In this document: positions 1 through 7,512 of the stretch, piece by piece | How positions within the stretch are numbered: the first letter of the stretch is position 1 | Layout of the letters: each line of letters begins with the position of its first letter | Origin: Chthoniobacteraceae bacterium | GTDB taxonomy: Bacteria > Verrucomicrobiota > Verrucomicrobiia > Chthoniobacterales > Chthoniobacteraceae | Assembly (NCBI GenBank): GCA_031409335.1 | Contig: JANNWY010000281.1 | Location: 1-24,216 of the forward strand | DNA: 24,216 nucleotides | Direction of reading: 5' to 3' | Made by a program: the position numbers and the translations under genes | Notes under the pieces: model-generated | Seen by the model: the letters and a program-made list of their open reading frames with translations, nothing else | Databases searched by the model: none | What the model was told of the DNA's origin: nothing

Positions 1-84
1 CCTTCGGCACAGCCAGCGCTGCCGACCATGCCGGCTGCTCCCGTTCTTGACCACTTCCTCACTTTCACAATGTTGGCATTTCAT
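1..84 (-). CDS. IS1-family (InsA-like zinc-ribbon) transposase, N-terminal fragment, continues beyond the left edge
   Basis: Manual translation from ATG at 84 gives MKCQHCESEEVVKNGSSRHGRQRWLCRR, matching the InsA-type C-x2-C-x-S...KNG....G-x-QR-[YW]-x-C zinc ribbon. Purine-rich RBS-like AGAGGGA directly upstream. Not in the ORF track. Confidence 0.8.
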   Translation of the reverse strand, partial: MKCQHCESEEVVKNGSSRHGRQRWLCRR

Positions 85-124
85 TCCCTCTGCTTGCCAG
101 CTTCTCCCGCTCGTTGTCAATACC
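1..124 (-). mobile_element. Putative end of an IS1-like insertion sequence
   Basis: Minus strand reads GGTATTGACAAC (124-113), ending ~30 nt upstream of the transposase ATG and resembling IS1-family GGT-starting terminal inverted repeats. It contains a perfect TTGACA (120-115). The other end is outside the window, so the boundary is unconfirmed. Confidence 0.55.
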
Positions 125-401
125 TGTTGAGCAATCCCCGAAAAGCTGACCGCGGCGATCTGGCCAACACGGAAGGCCATCCACTTTTCCCGCTCGCCGC
201 TGGAGCGGCAAGCCACGGTGCATCGCGGAACTGCGCCGCCTGCGGGAGGGCATCGAACTGGAAATCGTCCGCGTGCTACAGGCCGGCGAGGCAGAGGAGC
301 TGGCGAAGTAGATCGAGGAACTCACGGGCGAGGCAACATCTGACATTGGGTGGAGGTCGCCCCAACAGGTTGACACGGGAAAGCGCACGCCGCCCTTTCG
401 T

Positions 402-3400
402 TCAAATCCCCAACTGCTGGCTCGACAGGTGAAAGTAGAGACCGCGCCGCGCCATCAGTTCATCGTGCGTGCCTACTTCCGCGACTTCGCCTTTTTCCAA
501 AACGACGATCGAGTCCGCATCGCGGATGGTGCTGAGGCGGTGCGCGATGACGATGCACGTTCGCCCGCTCATCATGCGGCTGAGGTTGTCCTGGATCGCG
601 CGCTCGGATTCGGTGTCGAGCGCGCTGGTGGCTTCGTCGAAAATGAGGATCGGCGGGTCGGCGTAGAGCGCGCGGGCGATGGCGACGCGCTGTTTCTGGC
701 CGCCGGACAGCGCGATGCCGGTTTCGCCGACTTTCGATTCGTAACCTTGCGGCAGGCGCATGATGAACTCGTGCGCGCTGGCGGCTTGCGCGCACTGGAG
801 CACGCGGTCGAAATCGGGCTCGGGCTCGCCGAAGGCAATGTTGCGCGTGATCGTGTCGCTGAATATGTGGTTATCCTGGAGCACCATGCCGATCTGCCGG
901 CGCACGTCGCGGTAGTTCAGCGTGCGCAGGTCCGCGCGGTCGAAGAGGATCGTGCCCGCGGTCGGTTCGAGCAGACCGGCGAGCAGTTTTACCAGCGTCG
1001 TTTTTCCGCTGCCGCTGCGCCCGACGATGGCGATGATTTTTCCGTGGGAAAACTCGAGGTCGATCCCGCGCAAAATATCCGGCGCTTCGGGGCCGCCGTA
1101 TTTGAAGCCGACGCCGCGCAGTTCGATGTGGCCTTCGAGCGAATGCACGGGCGTGAGCCGCGAGCGGTCGCGGCCCTGCTCGGGCTCGGGCTCGAAGATG
1201 TCGTTGAGCCGGTTTAGCAGCACGGCGATGAACTGCCACTGATCCCAAATCCCGAGCGTGCGCAGGATCGCGGCGTAGGCCATCGCGGTCAGCGAACTGA
1301 ACGCCACGAACGCGCCGACGCTGAACTGGCCGGCGATCACTTGGTTCGCGCCGAACCACAGGAAGAGCGCGGTCGAGAGCAGTCCGATGCTTTGCAGCAC
1401 GCTGTCGTAGGACATGAGGATGAAGTTCGAGCGGAACATCTTTTTCGAGACGCTCAGGAATTCGTTGAGCATCGCGTCGCGGAAGGACAGCTCCGCCGCG
1501 GCAGCCTTCACCGCCTCGATTCCCTTGATCGCGTCGATCTGGTGCGACGCATATTTTCCCTGGCTCTCCTCGATGTCCGCAAAGAGCGGGCGCAGCACTT
1601 TCACCGAGAAAAACATCATCACCGCATAGAGCGGAGTCGTGAGGAGAAACACGCCCGCGAGCGCCGGGCTGTACACCGCCATGACGGCGATCGCGCCCGC
1701 GAGCGTGATGAGGCCGAGCAGGCCGCCGATGCCGAATTGCACGACGAACAAACGCACCTGCCGCGCGCCATCGAGCCGGCGCTGGATGTCGCCAGTGCGG
1801 CGGCTGTGGAAGTAGGACATCGGCAGCGCGAGCAGTTGCCGCGTGAGGAAATCGAGGATCGCCGCGTCGATGCGCACGGCGGCGAAACTGAGCAGATATT
1901 GCTGCACGAGATTCGCCGCCTGCGTGAAGAGCAGCGCCGCGCCCATCGCGATCAAGATCGTTTTCAGCAGCCCGACGGAGTTCTCGACGATCACCTTGTC
2001 CACGACCATCTGCGTGAAGATCGGAAAGAGCAGTTGGAGAAAAGTGACGATGGTCGCGAGCAGCAGCACCTGGAGTAAAACGCCGCGAAATTTTCCGACG
2101 AAGGGCGCGAGCCGGGCCAGCGCGGGCCTTGCCTGCGGCGCGTTCGCGAAGGCTTCGGTGTAATCGAAAAGCGCGGAGTAGCCGGACCATTTTGCCTCGA
2201 ATTCCGCGCGCGGGATGCGGCGCGGCCCGAGCGCCGGATCGGCCACGCGGACGTGCGCATCCGCCACGTCGTAGAGCACCATCCAGTGATTGCCCTCCCA
2301 ATGCACGATCGCCGGCAGCGGCAGCAGCGACAGATTGCGCAGCGAGACTTTGAGCGCGCGCGCGGCGAGGCCGAGTTCGGTCGCGGCATGGCAGATCGCC
2401 TTCAGGCTCGTGCCGTCGTGCGCCGTGTGACAAAGCTGGCGGATGTGCGCGAGGCTCACGTCGCGCCCGAAGTGGCGGCAGACCATCGCGAGACTCGCGG
2501 CCCCGCAGTCCATCTCGTCGATTTGCTGAATGTGCGGGAGGCGGCGGATGCGTTTGCGTTTGCGGAAAAGCCCGTCCTCTTCCGCGAATGGTTCTTCATC
2601 CGCGTCGATCGCGGTTTTGTCCTGCACGCGCGTCTCGGCGGGCAGAAGCTCCGCGGCAAAATCGAGCGGGATGCGCGCCTCGGTGTCCGCCCGATACAGC
2701 GCGAGCCGCTCCTCGATCAGCTTGCGAAACTCGGGAAATTGCCCCTGCAAATCCCGCACCGCTTCGGGCGGAAGCGCGAGCAGCCGACTGTCCGCGCACG
2801 CCTCCGCCGTGGCCGCGCGCGGCGAGCCGTTCAAAAGGGAAAGCTCCCCGAAAAAATCGCCCTCGCGGTAAAACGCGAGATTCCGCAGGCGCCCGTCCTT
2901 CTTCGCAAAAGCGCGCACTTGTCCTTTCTCGACGATGAACATCGCGCCCGCCGGATCACCTTCGCGGATGATGATTTCCCCTTTCGCAAAATCGACCGGC
3001 GCGAGCTTCGCGATCAAGGCGTGCGAGGCGCGCGCGGGAAGCCGCCCGAAATTGCTGAACTCGTAAAGGAAGCCGTGCAGCGTCCGGTGGCGCGCGGTCA
3101 GATCGAACGAATTTCTCAGCTCGGGATACTGTGCGAGCAGCGGGAGGAAATCCTTCCGATCGAGCCGCAGCACCTCGACCTCGGTGCTACACCGCACCGT
3201 CGCGTTCCGCGTCCCGTCGCCGAGCAGCGCCTGCTCGCCGAATTCGTCGCCAGGCCGAAGACTTGCCAGCGCCATTTCTCCGCCATCGTTGCCATCCCTC
3301 ACCACGCGCGCGCGACCGGATGTGAGCACGTAAAGCGCGTCCGCCTCGTCGCCTTGTTTTACAATGACATCGCCAAACGCAAACCGCTCCTCGCGCAGCA

Positions 3401-3485
3401 ATGCGCGCAGCCTTTCGTAGTGATCCTCCGGGAGAAAACGAAAAAAGGACGAGCGCTGCAAAATTTCATCGAGAGCCTCGGTCAT
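402..3485 (-). CDS. Peptidase-containing ABC transporter (PCAT, HlyB/HetC-like): 2x cNMP-binding + C39 peptidase + TMD + NBD, ~1027 aa
   Basis: Start reassigned to MTEALDEIL (ATG 3485). cNMP cassettes FGEQALL..GTRNATV and FGELSLL..SPRAATA. C39 motifs QQIDEMDCGAASL, HWEGNHWMV, VADP. Multiple TM helices. Walker A GRSGSGKT, signature LSGGQKQR, Walker B ILIFDEATSALD, H-loop IAHRLST. Confidence 0.95.
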   Translation of the reverse strand: MTEALDEILQRSSFFRFLPEDHYERLRALLREERFAFGDVIVKQGDEADALYVLTSGRARVVRDGNDGGEMALASLRPGDEFGEQALLGDGTRNATVRCSTEVEVLRLDRKDFLPLLAQYPELRNSFDLTARHRTLHGFLYEFSNFGRLPARASHALIAKLAPVDFAKGEIIIREGDPAGAMFIVEKGQVRAFAKKDGRLRNLAFYREGDFFGELSLLNGSPRAATAEACADSRLLALPPEAVRDLQGQFPEFRKLIEERLALYRADTEARIPLDFAAELLPAETRVQDKTAIDADEEPFAEEDGLFRKRKRIRRLPHIQQIDEMDCGAASLAMVCRHFGRDVSLAHIRQLCHTAHDGTSLKAICHAATELGLAARALKVSLRNLSLLPLPAIVHWEGNHWMVLYDVADAHVRVADPALGPRRIPRAEFEAKWSGYSALFDYTEAFANAPQARPALARLAPFVGKFRGVLLQVLLLATIVTFLQLLFPIFTQMVVDKVIVENSVGLLKTILIAMGAALLFTQAANLVQQYLLSFAAVRIDAAILDFLTRQLLALPMSYFHSRRTGDIQRRLDGARQVRLFVVQFGIGGLLGLITLAGAIAVMAVYSPALAGVFLLTTPLYAVMMFFSVKVLRPLFADIEESQGKYASHQIDAIKGIEAVKAAAAELSFRDAMLNEFLSVSKKMFRSNFILMSYDSVLQSIGLLSTALFLWFGANQVIAGQFSVGAFVAFSSLTAMAYAAILRTLGIWDQWQFIAVLLNRLNDIFEPEPEQGRDRSRLTPVHSLEGHIELRGVGFKYGGPEAPDILRGIDLEFSHGKIIAIVGRSGSGKTTLVKLLAGLLEPTAGTILFDRADLRTLNYRDVRRQIGMVLQDNHIFSDTITRNIAFGEPEPDFDRVLQCAQAASAHEFIMRLPQGYESKVGETGIALSGGQKQRVAIARALYADPPILIFDEATSALDTESERAIQDNLSRMMSGRTCIVIAHRLSTIRDADSIVVLEKGEVAEVGTHDELMARRGLYFHLSSQQLGI

Positions 3486-4413
3486 ACGCTGCTGAGGGCG
3501 CCAGCATCCACTGAACACAGCTTGCGGCCAATTCTGAAAAGTGGCTTTCCAAAATCCGCTGCTCGACCCGCTCGCGAGTCCGCGCGTCGGCAAGGTCCGG
3601 CGCGATCTTCCGAACGAGTCGGCAGAGCTGAAAGCCATCGCCGCGCGCGATCGGTTCGAGCACTTCGCCGGGTGCGGCGCAGAGGATTTTCTGCTGCGAT
3701 TCCTCCGGTAAATCTTCGCACGCGATTTCATCGCGGCGATACGGATAGCGCCCGTCCTTCGCCACGTCCGCCATCCCGATGCCGTCTTCCTGAACGCAAA
3801 GAAACGCCTCGCGCGCGGCATCGTGGGATTCCAGTTCGACCGTTTCCAATTCCACGCGCGTCAAAGGCAGCCGCAGCGCGTGCAGCATTCGCTCGCGCGC
3901 TTCGCGAGTCAGCAGCGCCGCGCATTGCTGCCGATACGCGGCCTCGAGTTGCAGCGTTTCATCGCGCCCCAACCGCCCGGCCCATTCGCCGCCCGCCGCC
4001 ACGATGCGCCACGCCAGCCGCACTGCGAGGCGATCAAATTCACCCGAAAGCAAAAGCTCGACGCGCAGCAAATCGGAGCCGCCGCTCGTCTCCGCCGGAA
4101 TGTTTTTCCCATTCGCAGCTTTCCAAAACGACCGGCGCAAATAGTCGCTGAAATCCTCCAGCGTCAGGCCGCGCGCTTCGAGCCACCGCTCCGTTTCCTC
4201 CGCCGTGATGAGATCGCGTTCGTAGCGAAACTGCTCGGACGCGGATTGCAACGCCGCCTCGTCAGGCTCCGGGCCGCTCGCGTGCGCGCCAGCCAAAAAG
4301 TGCTCCAGCTCGCCGCGAAACCGCGCGGACTCGATTACATCCCGAACGGTAAAAATCCGGCCGTCCACGGCAAAGGCCGGGCATTCCCATCCCTTCGGCT
4401 CGGCCTCGCTCAT
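3466..4413 (-). CDS. PpiC/parvulin-type peptidyl-prolyl isomerase-like (SurA-like) protein, probable peptide-maturation chaperone
   Basis: N-half EAALQSASEQFRYERDLITAEETERWLEARGLTLEDF resembles the SurA-N-like region of PpiC-related proteins found next to PCATs. C-half (ESHDAAREAF...EDLPEESQQKILCAAPGEVLEPIARGDGFQLCRL) looks like a degenerate rotamase domain. No signal peptide. Overlaps the PCAT start by 20 nt. ATG 4413 preferred over TTG 4446. Confidence 0.7.
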   Translation of the reverse strand: MSEAEPKGWECPAFAVDGRIFTVRDVIESARFRGELEHFLAGAHASGPEPDEAALQSASEQFRYERDLITAEETERWLEARGLTLEDFSDYLRRSFWKAANGKNIPAETSGGSDLLRVELLLSGEFDRLAVRLAWRIVAAGGEWAGRLGRDETLQLEAAYRQQCAALLTREARERMLHALRLPLTRVELETVELESHDAAREAFLCVQEDGIGMADVAKDGRYPYRRDEIACEDLPEESQQKILCAAPGEVLEPIARGDGFQLCRLVRKIAPDLADARTRERVEQRILESHFSELAASCVQWMLAPSAAYDRGSR

Positions 4414-4468
4414 GGCCGTTTCGGCGCGGAATTTCCCATCCGTCAAAAGGCGGGCGCGAGCCGGGGCC

Positions 4469-6031
4469 TCACACTTTCAGCAACTCCTTTGCCTCCGCGA
4501 CGCCCGCGGCGGGGCGGCCGTATTCGCTCGCGGTCACGCGGGCGAGGGCGCAGAGCTGCCGCCAGCGGAAGGCGGGGCGCGTCGTGGCGAATTCCTCGGT
4601 GCAAGTGCGGAAGAATTTCTCGGCGTGCAGCGCGCCGTCCTCACTGATCGCGTAGCGGCGCAGGAGATCGAAAGCGCCGCGCGGATCGTGCCCGAGCTGG
4701 CCGCAGCGCTGCACGATGCCGCTCGCGCGGGCTTGCAGATTGCCGCGGATCGCTTCGTCGAGTTCCGCGAGCAGCGCGGCGGGCTCGGCGGATTTTGCCT
4801 CCGAGATGTGGCGGGCGAAAGGGAGTGGCTCCCAGTTGAGGAAATCGCCGCCGCGATTCGCGCGATCAAGCGCGGCTTGATACGCGCCGAGGATGAGGCA
4901 CGCGAAAGTATTCCGTGGTCGCGCGACCCGCGCAAGATTGCGCCACGCGCCCGCCGAATCGCACGCATGGACGCCGATCGAGTCGCCATGCACGCTGCCG
5001 ATCGGCTTGCCGGGGACTTCCATGTTTGGCGGGCGTCCGTGATCGCGCAGGATGAGTTGATTGGCGGCGAGTGAGATCGCTTCGCCGACCGCATCGGGCG
5101 CGAAACCTTCCGCGAGCGCCGCGGCGGCGGTGGCGGCGGCTTGGGAAGGCGTCGCGCGGAAGATCGTGTCGCTGAGTTTTTCCACCCACGCATCCTCCGC
5201 CGCGCGCGTGCCGGGCTTCGCGCCGAGCAGCTTGTGCTCTTCGAGCAGACGCGGGAGCAAAGCCTGCGGCTGATCGGAGCCCTCGCGGCGCGACCAGCTT
5301 TCCGCCTTCACGCAGTAGCGCACGGACTGCCGCAGCAGCGTCGTCGCGTTTTCATGGCCGATGATTCCGAGCAAATCCCAAGCGCGATACGGCAGCACCA
5401 CGCGATGCACTTCCGTGACGTCCTCGACCGTGTGCAGCAGCGCGTCGAACGCATCCTCCGGCGTGCCCGCGACCGCTGCGAACGCCGCATCCGCGCGCGC
5501 CGCATCCTTGCTGTGAACCGCCTCGCGCAGCCACGCCGCCGGGTCCGCATCCGCCGGAAGCGCCGAGGCCGCGACCGGATGCAGCGCCTCGTTCTTCCCG
5601 CCGCCGGATTCCTGAATCCGATTCGTGTTGCGATACAAAACCTTCAGCACCGGCAGCGGCTGCTGCTCCGTCGGCAGCTCTTGCGCCATGTGCCAGCCGG
5701 GCGCGAGCGCCATCATCGTGTGAAAGCCGACGTAATCCTCGCCGCCGAAAGTCCGCGCATTGGCGAGCGCGCCCGCCGCGACGAGTTGCCGCAGCTCGAC
5801 GCCGCTGCGCAATTTCGCCACGAGCACCGGCACGAGATTCTTCGCGGGCGTCTCCTGCATCAGCCGCACGAGCGGTTCGAGCGCGCCAAATCCCAATCGC
5901 GCTTCCTCGGCCTCCGCCGCAGCCAGACCCAGCTCGGAAGCCAGTCCGCAGCCAATCGTGGCGGTGATCATTCCTTTTCCGACATCGGCCAAAAACTCGC
6001 GCCGGGTTTGGGGTTGTTTCAGCATTTTCAT
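4469..6031 (-). CDS. Tat-signal hypothetical protein, all-alpha, with four His-containing repeats, ~520 aa
   Basis: Start reassigned to MKMLKQPQTRREFLADVGKG (twin-arginine motif TRREFL, then a hydrophobic stretch and AAAEA). The upstream part of the 706-aa ORF overlaps other genes. Confidence 0.8.
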   Translation of the reverse strand: MKMLKQPQTRREFLADVGKGMITATIGCGLASELGLAAAEAEEARLGFGALEPLVRLMQETPAKNLVPVLVAKLRSGVELRQLVAAGALANARTFGGEDYVGFHTMMALAPGWHMAQELPTEQQPLPVLKVLYRNTNRIQESGGGKNEALHPVAASALPADADPAAWLREAVHSKDAARADAAFAAVAGTPEDAFDALLHTVEDVTEVHRVVLPYRAWDLLGIIGHENATTLLRQSVRYCVKAESWSRREGSDQPQALLPRLLEEHKLLGAKPGTRAAEDAWVEKLSDTIFRATPSQAAATAAAALAEGFAPDAVGEAISLAANQLILRDHGRPPNMEVPGKPIGSVHGDSIGVHACDSAGAWRNLARVARPRNTFACLILGAYQAALDRANRGGDFLNWEPLPFARHISEAKSAEPAALLAELDEAIRGNLQARASGIVQRCGQLGHDPRGAFDLLRRYAISEDGALHAEKFFRTCTEEFATTRPAFRWRQLCALARVTASEYGRPAAGVAEAKELLKV

Positions 6032-6126
6032 GAACGTGATCTCCGGTTGATTGTGGGAGCACGATCTGTCGCGAAAGGCAGAAGGGCAGTTATAGAATGG
6101 AACCCGGCCCCGCTCGTGACAATGAG

Positions 6127-6447
6127 TTAATATCCACCGTCCGAGTGGAGGAAAACCCGCTCGGCGATGCGTGGGCCGGCGAATGGAGCGCGGTAGCGGA
6201 CGGTGATTTTTTGGCCGCGCTTCAACGCATCCGCAGTGATCAATTTTCCGCCCTCCACAAAGCGCGTGCGCGGTCCCCACGAGATCGGGAAACCGGCGGG
6301 CGTTTTCACCGTCCGCACGGTGAAGCGTTTGTGCTCGCGCTCCACCGCCACGACTTCGCCTTGCAGGGTGTGCGACGCGATCGGCAGCGCGCTGGCGTGC
6401 GGCGCGATCGCGGCAATCACTCCGAGCAAGGCGAAGATCGGCTTCAT
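6127..6447 (-). CDS. Small exported OB-fold-like protein (DUF5666/CusF-like topology), 106 aa
   Basis: Signal peptide MKPIFALLGVIAAIAPHASA, then GEVVAVE...FTV...TRF...ITADALKRGQKITVRY, a typical small beta-barrel pattern. ATGA overlap with the upstream gene at 6444-6447. Confidence 0.75.
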   Translation of the reverse strand: MKPIFALLGVIAAIAPHASALPIASHTLQGEVVAVEREHKRFTVRTVKTPAGFPISWGPRTRFVEGGKLITADALKRGQKITVRYRAPFAGPRIAERVFLHSDGGY

Positions 6448-6989
6448 GGCGTTTTGGGTTTGCCGATGCCTTGGGGGTCGCTCGCTTCGCCGACGACTGT
6501 GCTGCCGTCGAGCACTTGCACGGTGTAGCCGGCATACTTCTTTCCGCTGGCCTCGACTTTCTTCGAGCGTGAACCGCTGCCGCCGCCACTGCTGCCGCCC
6601 TTGCCTTTGGAACCCGCGGAGTGCTCGGGCGTGTAAGTCGTCGAGATGCGCTTGCTCTCGATGGTCTGCTGGCCAGCGGTCGGGAGGTCCAGTTTGACCT
6701 CGCCGGTTTCGATGGCGCTCACGTCGCGGTCCTTTGCGTCGCGACCGTACGCCGTCCATTTGACGATGCGAGTCTCCGGCGTTTTCGCTTTGCCCGAAAC
6801 CAGGATGGTCAGCGTCTTAAACTGCGTCACGGTGTCAGCGGACGCGCCCTTGATTTCCTTGCGGTCGCTCTCGCTGGCCGTGCGGACTTCGACGCGGACG
6901 CGGTCATTCGGGGAAATACTTTGCGCGTGGGTCGTGAGCGGGAGCGCCAGCGCGATCAGCGCGGCGCGGAGGGATGGGATGGTTTTCAT
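6444..6989 (-). CDS. Exported hypothetical protein, beta-rich with a Gly/Ser/Lys linker, ~181 aa
   Basis: Signal peptide MKTIPSLRAALIALALPLTTHA|Q. Translationally coupled to the downstream gene. Alternative start at 7001. Confidence 0.75.
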   Translation of the reverse strand: MKTIPSLRAALIALALPLTTHAQSISPNDRVRVEVRTASESDRKEIKGASADTVTQFKTLTILVSGKAKTPETRIVKWTAYGRDAKDRDVSAIETGEVKLDLPTAGQQTIESKRISTTYTPEHSAGSKGKGGSSGGGSGSRSKKVEASGKKYAGYTVQVLDGSTVVGEASDPQGIGKPKTP

Positions 6990-7023
6990 GGGAAGTGACA
7001 TTATTCGGGCCGGGTCGGCGCGG

Positions 7024-7479
7024 CTATTTCTTTTCCTTCTTGTCCTCTTCGGCCGCGCATTTGCAGATCCACTCCTGCACTTTGCACTTCGAGCAGATCG
7101 TGGTGTCGTACTGCATCCGCGCGGTGATCGCCTTGGCTTTCGCGTCGGCCTTGAACTGCACGATGATCCACTCGCCGGGCTTGACGCCGGGGATGACAAA
7201 TCTGCCGTCGGCTTTCTCGACCGCGAGCTTCTCCACCTTGTTGGTCGGGCCACCGCTGACGGTGATCGTCTGCTCGCCGAGGGCGACGGGTTTCAGGTCT
7301 TTGTCGAGGAGGGCGATGTGGAATTTGCCGTCCTTGAGCGTGACTTCGCCGTGCATGGTTTCGTTCTTGGAAAACTCGAGCACGCGTCCGCCATTGGGGC
7401 CGAGTTCGACGTCGCCGTGGGCGAGGACGGAAGCCGCGAGAGCGAACGTGGTGAGGATGGATGCGAGGTTTATTTTCAT
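7024..7479 (-). CDS. Exported metal-binding accessory protein (H-x4-GPNGG N-terminus, C-terminal Cys cluster), 151 aa
   Basis: Signal peptide ending SVLA|HGDVELGPNGGRVLE. C-terminal CSKCKVQEWICKC. Lies directly downstream of the RND permease. Confidence 0.85.
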   Translation of the reverse strand: MKINLASILTTFALAASVLAHGDVELGPNGGRVLEFSKNETMHGEVTLKDGKFHIALLDKDLKPVALGEQTITVSGGPTNKVEKLAVEKADGRFVIPGVKPGEWIIVQFKADAKAKAITARMQYDTTICSKCKVQEWICKCAAEEDKKEKK

Positions 7480-7512
7480 ATGTCTGTGTGGCTTTGGTGT
7501 TGTGGTTTCTGG

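Noticed and set aside
65..388. 107-aa Ser-rich ORF as the PCAT precursor peptide
   Set aside because: No double-glycine leader (ELSxxELxxxxGG-like). Its composition looks like an antisense read of the + strand remnant, and it crosses the putative IS end.
3486..3821. N-terminal extension of the 1139-aa PCAT ORF
   Set aside because: Overlaps the parvulin-like gene in another frame and is Arg/Ser-rich with no domain. The cNMP domain begins right after ATG 3485.
6032..6589. N-terminal extension of the 706-aa ORF
   Set aside because: Overlaps two better-supported small genes. The Tat signal marks the start near 6031.
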